A stretch of 64,000 nt of DNA from Chrysomallon squamiferum (GCA_012295275.1 CM022673.1:7378001-7442000); one strand, 5' to 3'. Positions 43,543-56,368 are shown, numbered from the stretch's first letter. Numbers and translations are program-made. Notes: a model not told the origin generated them from the sequence alone.

Positions 43543-43731
43543 CACCACGTATAGGACATACACCTGGAGCTTTCACTAGTTTTTCCCCGTCGATAACGTC
43601 GTTGGTGACGCCGTGCAACAAACTGTGTACTTACGCAAACCACGGGTTGACGTGTCCGTCGTGTTCACCACGTCATGCCTCCGTCTACGACCACCATATA
43701 CAGAGCATGCTACGACCACCGTATTTCGCAG
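43543..43731 (+). CDS. Dbx: Dbx coding exon 2 (TPRIGHTPGAF...PCNKLCTYANHGLTCPSC...SMLRPPYFA)
   Basis: Acceptor tttatttcAG at 43541-43542 and donor GCAG|GTGACT at 43732. The 189-nt exon is phase 1/1 and open in the frame that joins exon 1 to exon 3. Its end (MLRPPYFA|AS) resembles the vertebrate Dbx1 IRSSYFPAS segment. Confidence 0.85.
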
Positions 43732-43771
43732 GTGACTATCATCATCATTATTATTATTATTACTACTACTC

Positions 43772-43819
<48 letters not shown>

Positions 43820-44236
43820 TTATTATTATTGTTATTATTATTATCATTATTATTATTATTATTATTATTATTCTCTTTCCGTCTCTCTCTTCCTTTCTCT
43901 GTTTTAAAATTTTGTACAAATATACTTGTATCAAAGATCAGTTTAGAATTATGCAAACAAAAAAATTAATATAAAATTCAATAACTATAAATCAGACTGT
44001 GACTATTATAATATTGATAAACAACAACGTTAATAGTAACAAACCACTGATACAAAATATATATATATATATATTATTTGAAAATGTCAGTCAAAATTAA
44101 TTAACTGGTAAATAAAAAATGTTTAAAGTCTAAATTTACTAGTGGTTTCTGTAGAAAAAATAAAGTTGTAAAGAGAAATATTTTATTTCCAGAGTTTTCT
44201 TTGTCACTTTTTTTTATTAATTGGACGTAAGTTTCT

Positions 44237-44305
<69 letters not shown>

Positions 44306-44430
44306 TACTTTTTTATATATAAACAATCACAATAAATTTCATTTAAAAAATGTAACAATAAGTAAATAAATAAACACCGAAACAAAAACAGAAGTAATAA
44401 TAGCTATAACAACAACAATAACACCAATAA

Positions 44431-44477
<47 letters not shown>

Positions 44478-45140
44478 CAACAACAACAAAAACAACCAAA
44501 AAACAAAAAACAACAAGAATATCCAATATATATATATATATACATAATAAACTGTAATAGTAATGGCATTTACAGTGTTTGTCATTACCGAAGCAGTAGA
44601 TGCTGTAGTAACAGTCGGAATTAATAAGTAAACGTGGTTTCGTGAGAAGCAGATCATTCCCAAGTGTTTTGGTCACACATCTATAACACTTTTCTGTGTC
44701 GGCTCTTTTTCTCTTTTGTTCGTGTTGTTCCGTTACTTAGATCAGCCGTTAGATCACTTTGTCGAGCAACCGCCGGATTCAGCCGATTCAAGTCCTCGGC
44801 TCTCGACGTCTCTTCTGCCGCTGTGTTATTTCCTCCGATACTGTTGGCGGCACTTGAGCGTGAAAGCCGTAGTGATTAGTTATTGTTTTCGTTTTCACAA
44901 CTGTCAGTACGTGTTAAGTGGCCGTCTAGTGTCCGTCCAAGATAAGATTTAAACAGTGTGTTTGTTTTCTTGTGTGAAAGATAAACATAACGGGCGCACT
45001 CTCAAAGCGGTGAGTGGTAGCCAGGGGAAAAAAAATGAATTACCGGTTATAAATCGCTGTGGATTTTAGGCTGATATAATAAGAAAGAAAAATTAATAGA
45101 TAATATTTGAAGGTAATAATTAAAATTGAGAACACTGAGT

Positions 45141-45377
45141 CTTGTGTTCATTTTAGACCATTTCTTGAGTTAATCATAGGCCACTTCTTGTGTTGATCTT
45201 TGGCCACTTGTGTTAATCTTAGCCCTTTTGTTGTGTTAATCTTAGGCCACTTACTCTGTTAATCTTTGAACTTTTTCTTCTTTTTTTTTTTTAATCTTAG
45301 CCCTTTTGCTGTGTTAATAATGCTGGCCCTTGTGTTGTGTTAATCTTAGCCCTGTTTGTTTTTTGTACTGAATCTTA
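45141..45377. repeat. ~24-bp degenerate minisatellite (TGTGTTAATCTTAGGCCACTT-like), ~9 copies, Dbx intron 2
   Basis: Recurring tgtgttaatcttag(g)cc units. Confidence 0.8.
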
Positions 45378-45744
45378 CTTCATCCTGAAATTTATATCTA
45401 CAATAACAGTTTCTAAGATCTTCCAAGTTCAGTTAGATTATGATTTATTTGCTTAATTTGTAAACCTCTGTTAGTTATGCTTGTTTTTATTCCTGTGTTA
45501 TTTTCTTAGATAAATTATTTACTTACGGTTAATGAATTTATTAATCAGTTTTGAAGCAGAATAAAAAAAATCCTATGTTTAAAAATATTTATATATTAAA
45601 ATAAAAATAAAGGAAAAGAACTTTTTAAAAATTAAAACAAATTTAAGATTAAGAAAATCTCAAGTTAAATATAGTTATCATCATACTTAAAAAACAATAA
45701 AATAAAATAGCTAATAAATGAAAAAACAAGTGAAATAACGAACA

Positions 45745-45795
<51 letters not shown>

Positions 45796-46124
45796 GATAA
45801 TGATAATAGTCGTAGTAACTGTACAGTTGTAGTTGTTGCAGATGTTGTAGTAGCAATAGAAATAAATAAACAAACAAATAAACAAACAAATGAAAAAACA
45901 AACAAACAAACAAACAAACACACATACCAACATACAAACAAACAAACAAACAATCAATCAGTCAAACAAATGAATAACGTTTAACCGATTAGCCATAAAT
46001 GTAATAAAAACTACAAATTTCTAAACTCACAATCACCCTCAATCAAAATACACACACCTTCACGTCGTGTTTCATTACTTGCACCAGTTACATCATAACA
46101 ACATTTCAGCTAATTGATAGGCGA

Positions 46125-46133
46125 TGGGTGGTC
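46125..46133 (-). promoter_or_regulatory. Perfect Gli/Ci consensus site (TGGGTGGTC = GACCACCCA), Dbx intron 2
   Basis: Exact 9-mer match within a GC-richer unique island (~46030-46340). Function is not shown. Confidence 0.45.
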
Positions 46134-46933
46134 CGAGCTTTCTCCCCTGGGCGTTTACTGCACATAATCCATACCACATCTACCAACAAGATAACACTGT
46201 GAGGAAGCCAACAGTATTAATTTTTGTGTTTTATTATCAAATACGACAAAAGGGCCTGCGGCGCGTACAAATCTGTTGCAGTCGTAGGGACGTTGTGTTT
46301 GCCGTATGCCACCAGTGATTGGGTTTATTGAACCATCATGATAAATGTAATTCTTTTCAGTACCATTTTTTTATTATTTTTTTTTTTTGTATCGTTATCG
46401 AACCGTTAAAATAAGCACTGGTTAATTTTCCTTTTGTTGATGTATAATGAGTTTCATGGCTCATTATAGGGCATGAACATTATATTTTGTTTGCTGCTTT
46501 GTCGTTTTTTTTTTTTTTTGAATTTCTCTTGTAACTGAACGTAGAAGCAATTCGTTTGGTCATTCACTGGTTGTTGTTTTTTTTTTGTGTGTTTTATTTA
46601 ATTAATGGCATGTTTGTTTGATTGTTTGTTGAATAATAAGTTTATTTATGTGTTTTTAAAAAAAAAAAAAAAATGTTTTTGTTTGTTTGTTTGCTTGTTC
46701 GTTTATTTGTTTGTTTCTTTTGTATATTCGTTTAACTTTTTTTTGGGGGGGAGGAATTTATTTATTTGTTAACTTTACTTCACTTAACCTTTTTATCCGT
46801 GTATTGACTCAGTCATTCTTCTGTAGAAAAGATTATTTGATTGAATGAGTGATTCATTCATTCATTCATTTATTTATTTGTTTATTTATTTATTTATTTA
46901 TTTGATCCATCTTCTCAGTATTTTTATTTCTTT

Positions 46934-46965
<32 letters not shown>

Positions 46966-47588
46966 CTTTTTTTTTTTTTTTGTGTATTTGCGTGTGTGTT
47001 TAAGTTCCCTTAAAATTATTAATTGTTTGTCTAATCCACTTATAAGTATTTTTCTCTTTAGTGGATAATTATTGTTGTTACGGATCTTGTTGTTGTTGCT
47101 GCTGTTTATTTGTCTGAATATTTGGTTTTGAGTTTCAATACCACAGTTTTTTAAAATTTAATTTGTTTGCTTTTGTGGGGGGTGGGGTTGGCTATTTTTC
47201 CAACCTTAATATGCATAATCGTAAAATTCGAAAATAAACAAGTATTAAATATGGTGAGACTAAGTGTGAGTGTATGTATGATGTTTTTTTCCGTAAATAT
47301 TTAATTTTTGAATTTTTGGGGTTTTTTTTTTTTTTTTTTTCAATCTTGAAATATATTTTAACTTCCATTTATTCGTTCATGCTTAAGTTTAAATGTACAT
47401 GATCTGGTTAGAAGAAAGTCAAGAAGTCATATTTCTAAAGTTACTTGGTCTTTTTACTAATTATCTGGCATAACTCATACTAATTATTTAACTTAACTAG
47501 TGTTAATTATGTACTTAATGACTATTAAATATTTGTACTTAATTAAATCTCTAAAATTTGATTTTTTAATCTTCAGTATTTTTAATAT

Positions 47589-47658
<70 letters not shown>

Positions 47659-48369
47659 TTAATAAAGATTTGATTTCTTAGTTTTGAAAAATGTGTTAAT
47701 TGGTGATAAAAGATTTCGGTTTTGTACATTGCATTCAGAATTATTATTATTATTATTATTATTTTTTTTTTTTTTTTTTTTTTTTTTTCTATTTCAAAAA
47801 ATGAAACCTATAAAAATAAAGTAATTTTTTCTTCCTTTCTGCACTCCAAATGTAATTTTTTCTTTAAGTTTTTTTTTAATTTTATTTTTTTACCCATTAC
47901 TTCCATCCTTTAATTTATTTTTATACAGTAAATTTATTTAATCTGTTTAAACTTGTCAGAGATAATTGTATTACACCACTGTTCCATTCCAAGAGATTTT
48001 AATGCACATTAATAACTTGAAGCCAGTTCACTGATAATTACAGAGATAAAATAAAGGTACCAGATTTATGTTCTAACATAAATCCACAAGGAACTTTCGT
48101 AAATGTTAACTGCCTTTTTCCTTTCTTTTCTTTTTATATTACTTTTTTTTTTTTTTTTTTTTTTTTCATTTTATTTCTTTCGTCTGTGTGTATATATATA
48201 TGTGATTTTTTTTGTTGTTTTTTTTTTAATGTTTTTTTTATTTTTTTTTTAAAGTTTACAAATAAATAAACTTCAGAGCTAAGACATAGATATTTCAAAT
48301 AGCGAGTAATAAACCATTTCGTGAAAAACGATTAATTTTTGACCAAAGTCTTTTTTTTTTTTTTTTTAT

Positions 48370-48406
<37 letters not shown>

Positions 48407-50089
48407 CTTCTGTCTTTTGTCAGCTGTTTGTTTAATTTTAATTTGAGGGTACTGTTAACACGATACCTAGTTTGTGAGCGTATACCCTTAATGAATGTTG
48501 TCATTAAACCCATAAATCTACCCGAGGTCAAGCAGAATTCACTGACAATGAGAAAGGAGATAACAAGAGATTCAAAATTAAACCTACTCCACGCCACTTC
48601 TTTTCGTTATATTGCTTTGGTGTCCTGCCATGTACTGGGGCACACCGAATCATCAAGCTTTCTCAACGCGTCGGTGTACCCACTGCACAGCCGAGGTGTC
48701 AGAGACAAGGGGAAACAACACGCCGTAAAATTGTTCACATTTAAGGACTGATGTCGCTTTATATTTCATTTTCTGGTACAAATGGCGAAATGAATTCATT
48801 ACGTATGCATAGTTTGGCGTTTAATGTTGCCGGGTATTAAAAGCTGCTGACTTTCCGTGTGTCACTGAGTTAATTTAAGATGCAGATAAAATCGGATAGG
48901 TGCTAATTTTAAAAGAGTTTGGGGATAGGTGTTTGAAAATCGTTCTGGATTTCCCATCCGTTATAGAGTGGCCACTTTGATCTGACTGGGTTATTCCTGC
49001 TTCTGTCTTTATGGTATATGGTGGTGGCAGAGGGGGGAAAAAAAGAAGAAGAAAAAAAAAATTCCCACAGAGCTAAAAAAAACACACACAAAAAAAACAT
49101 GCTGTTTGTTGTTTGAAAGACAATTTAGTTTACGTTGACCTACGACGAACCACCCGATACACCATTAAACTGTAATATCGTCTGTTCAATCGAGCTTGTT
49201 TCCTTTTTGAAATTTTTTTTTTAAAAAATCTAAAAAAAAAAAAAAAAGTGCAAGTTTCAGTTCTGAACCGCAAGTGCGTACTTTAATATAAAGTTCGTTT
49301 CACTGATGATTGAGGGGTGAAATAAAAAAAATAAAAATAATAATAATAATAAATAAAAGAAAGTAAAGAAATGCAACGTATAATGCATTATGCATCAATG
49401 TATAAAGAGAATTTGGCGGGTCGCAAAAGATATATAAAAACATTTTAAAAATTTTTTTTTTTAATAAAATGAGAAAGAAAAATAAAAAGGAAAAGAAATG
49501 TATTCTATCTTCAGTTCGCAAAGTATTAACCGCATTTTTTTTTTAATAACACTTTTTATAAAAGAGTCTAACAGCGTATTGTGATGTTCAGTGTCTATTT
49601 AAATTAGTATCAGATTTAAGCGAATTAAATTCTGATTAACATTAATATTAAAAAAATAAATATTTCTTTCCTGAGAATTATTAATCATATAATAGATCTG
49701 AACGGTGCTTTGATATTAAAAATATCTATTTACTTTAGCGTTGAATAACTGGTAATTAAATGTAAATTAAAAGCAATAACGCTATATCTAATAAAAATGA
49801 TATAAAACCAAAGCTGAATTAATTTAATTAAAAGGCGAACAGATGTTTTTGTGTGTGTATATATATATATAAACTAGAATTAAGCTTTGTATTAATTATT
49901 ACTCAAACATAATTTAACAAATCTACACTATTTTTATGATAATATATGTACTTGAGACAGATGTATATATATATATATATAACTGAATATCTATTCAGCT
50001 TTGTATTAAATTAAATAGCTATTACACATTGAGATAATTTTTGTTCAAATCTACACTATTTTTATGATAATATATGTACTTGAGACAGA

Positions 50090-50121
<32 letters not shown>

Positions 50122-51052
50122 ATAGCTAAAATGATATGAAATTGTTCTGTGTTTTATTTCTAATATTTATTTAAATCAGTACAGTGTTGTTTTATATATC
50201 ATGTTAAATTATGTTTGAGTAATAATTAATACAAAGCTTAATTCTAGTTTATTTCTAAAGATAATGTCTATTTAATAAAAAGCAGAACTGTGTTACAATG
50301 TGTAATATGTAAGAAAGAACATAATTAATTTTGTCTATTTAATGAAAAAAAAAAAATAATAATTGTTATAAATTGTAAGATCTCAGAAAAAACATAGTTA
50401 TGTTAAAATTGTCTTAAAATTCATTTTTCTAGTTTCGCCTCATTACAGTAAATCGTTTTAATATCAGTGTTAAACATTTAATATCTAAGACAAAAGTGGC
50501 ATGAAATCAGACAAATATGAGTAAACAGGGCCATTTAAAAACATTTTTCATCTTATTAAAATATATTATTTACCAATAAAAAATTATGTGTTGAACATTT
50601 CAGCATTTATTCATTACAAACTTTTAAAAGATTACATAACATATTTGTACTTATATGCATATTTCTCTGTCTATCGCTCTATCTAGCTGTATATATATAT
50701 ATATCTATGTATCTATCAATGTATCTATCTAAACTATCCATGCATTTATCTATCTGTATTATCGATTTCTATATCTATCCGTCTATCTCTGTATTATCTC
50801 TCTATATATCTACATATCTGTCTTACTATCAGTCTGTTTATGTACATAAACGTGTTTCTAACAAATCGCTAATGAATGCAGTACACACGATTTTGTATAT
50901 GTATGTATCTATGTATGCTTAAATATATGTGTGTGTGTGTGTGTGTGTGTTTGTGTGTGTGTATAAAGGATATATGTATATGTAGATGTAGATGTAGATG
51001 TATTATAATTGTTCTTTATGTATGTATTTATGTATGTTTAAATAAATAAATA

Positions 51053-51092
<40 letters not shown>

Positions 51093-51269
51093 GGATATAT
51101 GTATATGTATATGTAGATGTATATGTAGATGTATTATAATTGTTCGTTGTATTTCCTTATCACTGATTGTTGTCATAGTTATTTTTTTGGTATATTCAAT
51201 TTCATTTGATCTTTTTCATAATTAACATCAGCTTTATTTAATCACGCATTTCTCACACTTCAACTACAG

Positions 51270-51469
51270 CGTCTCCGATGTTGGCGATGCCCAACGCGTT
51301 CACGTTTTTGAACAGCATGAGGGGGAAGCCCCGGAGGGGGATGTTGAGGCGGGCTGTGTTCTCGGACGCGCAACGCAAAGGCTTGGAAAAGATGTTTCAG
51401 AAACAGAAGTACATCAGCAAACCCGACAGAAAGAAACTCGCCTCCAGACTGGGTCTGAAAGACTCACAG
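51270..51469 (+). CDS. Dbx: Dbx coding exon 3, homeodomain residues 1-44
   Basis: Acceptor caactacAG at 51268-51269 and donor CAG|GTCAGT at 51470. Encodes RGKPRRGMLRRAVFSDAQRKGLEKMFQKQKYISKPDRKKLASRLGLKDSQ. This is diagnostic for Dbx; Hlx has RKRSWSRAVFS here. Confidence 0.97.
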
Positions 51470-51508
51470 GTCAGTCGAAGTGTAATGTGTTTCTGTGTTT
51501 TGTTAGTC

Positions 51509-51542
<34 letters not shown>

Positions 51543-52186
51543 ATTTTTTATTTTTTATTTTTTATTTTTATTTTTATTTATTTTATTTTATTTTATTTTA
51601 TTTTTTTTGATGGCTTATGGAATGGATTTCGTATTATCTGGATAAAGATTTTAAAAAGTGTTTTTGTTTTTTTTTTTTTTTCATTTCTTTTTCGTTTTTA
51701 TTTATTCATTCATTCATTCATTTTATTTCATTTTTTATATAATCTTTTTTTATTAATTTATTTTTTTAAATATATTTTTTCATTATTTTTAAATTTTTCT
51801 TTTATTATTATTTGGTGTTTTTTTCATTATATATTTTTTTTCCTTTTATGTTTTTTTTTTTTTTTTTTTTTTTTCTTTTCTTGTATTGAAACCTTACGAA
51901 AAATGAATATGAATACAATATGGCATTTTATTGCAGCTGACTTATGGGTGAATCGATTACCATCATGCGCCTGAACCACAAGTTTGTCATTTTCAATTAG
52001 GCTCCAACTTCAATGCGTCAAACTGCACCCGATGTGGCCGCGGTCCCATCATTTACTGCTGTAGAAATCAATTGCCTACCAATTAACAATGTAATAAACA
52101 TCACTGCTAGTAGTCGATAAAATAATATTATCCGTAACAGTTGTTAAATCCCTTACGCAGACAAAGTTCGTGTCAGCTTTACGGCC

Positions 52187-52571
52187 GAAATGAAATCGAC
52201 AAATATGTGACATATGGTGATATGAGTATTTAAATACATTAACCAGTACCGAATCATATTTCCAAATTTGAAATTGATTATACGTCGACACGAGGTGGTA
52301 TTTATATATATATATATATATGTATATATCTTTACCTGTCGCATCAAAGTTCGGCATTTTCATTTAATTATTTAAATACTTACTTATTTACTTACTTACT
52401 TATTTACTCATTCATTCACTCACTTACTGTGTAATGCAATAATTTTGTTGCTTTGTTTTAAATAAAATCATATATCATAACTCTTCAAAATACTTCGATT
52501 AAGTTTTTATGAAACGAGCGTTCTGAAGGAAGAAAAAGTTTAATATAAAAATCGTGTATATTAGTATACAT

Positions 52572-52606
<35 letters not shown>

Positions 52607-53005
52607 TTCATTCATTTTATTTTATATATATTTATTTATTGATTTATTCATTCTATTTTATATTTAATATTTATTTATTGATTTATTTGTTTTCTTATTT
52701 TGTTGTTTACGTTTGTTTATTTGTTTGCTTGTTTATGTAATTATTTAGAATCACAAACAACTGATCTAGAAAATGGTTGCATTATTCGATTTTTCTTATA
52801 TTTTTATTTATTTATTTATTTATTTACAATCACGGTTATGTAATTCTATTGTTGGGATCTGGTTTATTTTTATTTTAATTCTGCATTATTTATTATGAAA
52901 TGAAATCGACAAATATGTGACATATGGTGATATGAGTGTTTAAATACATTAGCCAGTACCGAATCAAATTTCGCAATTTGAAATTGATTATACGTCGACA
53001 CGAGG
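52187..53005 (+). repeat. Dispersed direct duplication of 109 bp (52187-52295 and 52897-53005), Dbx intron 3
   Basis: GAAATGAAATCGACAAATATGTGACATATGG...TATACGTCGACACGAGG occurs twice, 710 bp apart, with 5 mismatches by eye. Confidence 0.93.
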
Positions 53006-53471
53006 AAATATATGTCGTTATTTGTCGCATCAGCATGCAAAGTTATTTATATAGCATAGGCTTATTATAGCACATGTGACGTGTTATATTCTGTATACTG
53101 ACGTCAGAATCCAAGAAGTTTTAAAAGCTCATTTCAGGTTCAACGATTAACGATAAAAATAATTTTTGACCCTGTAGTAATCAATATTTTAAACAGATTT
53201 GAATAAATATTAAATAAATATTAAATAAATATATCGTTTTTTTTTTTGTAAATGTAATTAAAAAGACTATTTCGCACTGGCTTTTAAAGTAGTAGTAGTA
53301 ATAATAATAATAATAATAATAATTATTATTATTATTAAACATAAATCAAGTCATCATGTTGCCAAATGTACATAGGTTTAGCATTTAATGAAGTCATCTT
53401 ATAAAAACTTCTTTTTTCTTCTTGTTGTTTTTTTTTTTATTGTTCGTTCTCTTCTTCTTCTTCTTCGTCTT

Positions 53472-53534
<63 letters not shown>

Positions 53535-53599
53535 GTTGTTGTTGTTGTTGTTATTGTTGTTGAAGTCAGATTTTTAGTTCCATCATTTGCTAATTTCAG

Positions 53600-53902
53600 G
53601 TTAAGATCTGGTTTCAAAATCGACGAATGAAATGGCGTAATTCCAAGGAAAGAGAACTCTTATCAACCGGAGGGACGCGTGAATCGACGTTGCCCAATAA
53701 AAACAATCCCAATCCCGATCTCAGTGACGTCAAAGAGGAGGAGGTTGTACCAGAGGTTCAGCAGGACCACACGAGCGATTCCAACATGTCGCCAGTGAAC
53801 AGTCACGTGTCCAGTAACCCTGGGACCCCCCACACATTGGACGCCTCCAAGGATTTTGCCACATCAGATGTTGATTCTGATGAGGAAATACTCGTCTCTT
53901 GA
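53600..53902 (+). CDS. Dbx: Dbx coding exon 4, homeodomain helix 3 and acidic C-terminus
   Basis: Acceptor gctaatttcAG at 53598-53599. Encodes VKIWFQNRRMKWRNSKERELLSTGGTRESTLPNKNNPNPDLSDV...DSDEEILVS-TGA. The intron sits at homeodomain position 44/45, typical of this class, and the post-homeodomain RELL..GG.RE.TLP.K.NP.PDLSDV stretch is Dbx-specific. Confidence 0.97.
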   Translation, partial: VKIWFQNRRMKWRNSKERELLSTGGTRESTLPNKNNPNPDLSDVKEEEVVPEVQQDHTSDSNMSPVNSHVSSNPGTPHTLDASKDFATSDVDSDEEILVS

Positions 53903-55169
53903 CATAGTTGTTCAAATGTTTGCTTTGGTGAAAAAAAAAAAAAAATTAAAATTAAGAATAATAAAAATAATATCAGCTTCATGGTGGATCACTGAACAAA
54001 GGAAACGAAAGTAAGATTTAATAAGCATTCGTGGTCTTATAATGATCCAATCAAAGCGAAAACAACAGAAAGAGTTGACAGATATATTAACTCACAGGAA
54101 ATCCGTAGAGAACGAAAACGAAAGTAGTATTTCATATAAACTAGTGTCATGTAGTGGTCCATTCGGATTGAAAAAGGAAAGAGGTTTGTAATAAAAAACT
54201 GGTAGGTCTCGCCGAAAATCCCAAAAAGAAGGAAAAAATCCAGTGGACAGTTCGTGACGGTCTTACGAAAACGAAAGCGAAAATTAGAGTTTAACGAGAT
54301 GAAAGGTTGTAGAGAATGAAAGATGATGTACTAGCTGCTTGTTTCGTAAAGGCTTTTTGCGCGCACATTTTACTTATTCTGAATAAAGATATTTTATCTC
54401 CAGTAAAATATAACGATTGCGAAGAAAGAACTGAGGATATTTGAAGATCAAGTTAACAATGACGTATATGCCAGTTATAGCATTGTGGCAGTCAGTATAA
54501 CATATTTGTGACAACGCCCAGCATCACAGTGTCTGTATATATATATATATTGTCGAAGAGTCCAGTTTCAGCCAGATTTTGTTTGTTTATTTTCACTGAA
54601 ACGCCCGGAGGAAATTCATGATCGTCTGATATATTTTTCCAGTTATAAGAGTCAAACAGCTGTCGGCAAAGAGTGGTGATTGATTTAATTCCGCCTGAAG
54701 TGATTTTTATAAGAGAAGTTATTGAATAAAAACGAATGAAATGTTTTGCACAAAGCAGTGACTTTTACAAGATTGAGAAAATAACATGTAACTAAACTTG
54801 TTCCGAATGGAAGTGGATTGAAAGGAAGGACATGATTCAGTATGTTCACTAATCACATAATGTATGAATTTTTACGAAACTGAAAAAGTTATTCAGAAAA
54901 AAAATAAAATAAAATAAAAAATAAAATTCCGTTGCCATATAAACAAACAATAGAGAATGTACCACAGGACTGATTTACAGTGTTGTTATTTATGCTGATA
55001 TTCTGGATGGAGTCTTTTTCTTTCTTCTTTTTTTTTTTTTTTTACCAGCAAATGTTATTAGGTTAAACATTACACTTCAAGGAATGTATTGTTACATTAT
55101 ATGAGACGAAATCAAACCTTATTTTAGTCTTATTATTGTTATTAGTATCATTGTTATTACTATTATTTA

Positions 55170-55248
<79 letters not shown>

Positions 55249-55520
55249 AACAAAACATATTACCGTGTTCTTTGTTGGTTTATCTTTACAAAGAAGAAAC
55301 ACGCTCCGGAACCAGAGAAAAAAAAAACATTTGACCTTTGATATTTAATATTAGGTTTGTAACAATGAACGGCTTCGATCTCTGCGCATAGAACACTTAT
55401 TGTGACTTTTAGTTCATTAGAAATAACATTATTATATTGACTCTGTAACCAGTGTTCTATTACATTTGTATATTTTTTGATGCAATATAGAAGCATTAAA
55501 AGAATAAGAAATAATTCGTT
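53903..55520 (+). other. Probable Dbx 3' UTR (end uncertain)
   Basis: Mostly unique sequence after the stop codon with several AATAAA hexamers (~53960, ~54189, ~54382, ~54726) and an ATTAAA at ~55495 followed by a GT-rich stretch. The true cleavage site cannot be fixed from DNA alone. Confidence 0.4.
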
Positions 55521-56291
55521 GTGGTTTGTATTTCATACCATGTTTTCTGGAAACAGAAAATTGTACATAAATAATAACATAAATACGTTATGATTTTCGA
55601 TGCTTTTAGAAACCTACTATTACAACGATAGACATTATAACGATACCCAAATAGAATTAAATTTCATGCTTATTTGTTAATCAGCCTTGATCATCTTTTG
55701 CAGCTTCTAGAAGTTACAAAACAATAGTGATTACGGTGAAGTAACAAGCAGAGATCAAACCTTGATATTAATTTAACAAAAATAGTAGATCTCAGCTAAG
55801 AATGACCGTCAGGTTTTCCATTCTGACTTCGACCAAAACTATCCAGGATACATTTTTAATCGACTTTCGAGTTATATAATACAAGTGATCGTTCCCATTG
55901 TTTAACTTTCCCCTTTGCCTAAACATTTGTTTCCTATTTATTTAGTAATCACTTTTACACATAGCGAATTTTTTTGTTTTGACGTTCTGATTTCTTAAAT
56001 AACTCTGGGAATATACAAACACCAAATTATGTGTTTTTTTTTTTTTTAAATGATAAACTAATACATTTTACTTTTAAGATATAATTGCTATTGGGCGAGT
56101 TCATTTGCAGATGAACGTCTAAATTCTATTTCCTTAAGATTCAGTTAGTAGAAATTCCTGTGAACAACAATGTTTTTTAATGAACAGTTAGTTTATTGAC
56201 TGTCAACGTCGCAAAAGGAAAGATTATTTTGACGCAGTTTCACGCAGAAACATTATTTTTTATAACAGTTTATTCTCATTCATTTTAAAAA

Positions 56292-56368
<77 letters not shown>

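Noticed and set aside
43538-43558. REST/NRSE-like sequence TTCAGCACCACGTATAG at the exon 2 acceptor
   Set aside because: The left half-site is largely explained by the splice acceptor (TTTCAG) plus codons, and the right half (GGACAG) matches only 4/6.
46124-46318. ORF MGGPSFLPWAFTAHNPY... as an extra or alternative Dbx exon
   Set aside because: Its nearby donor-like sites (e.g. ACT|GTGAGG) are phase 0, whereas exon 3 needs phase 1. Exons 2 and 3 already join in frame with Dbx-like sequence, and the GC content is better explained by a regulatory island.
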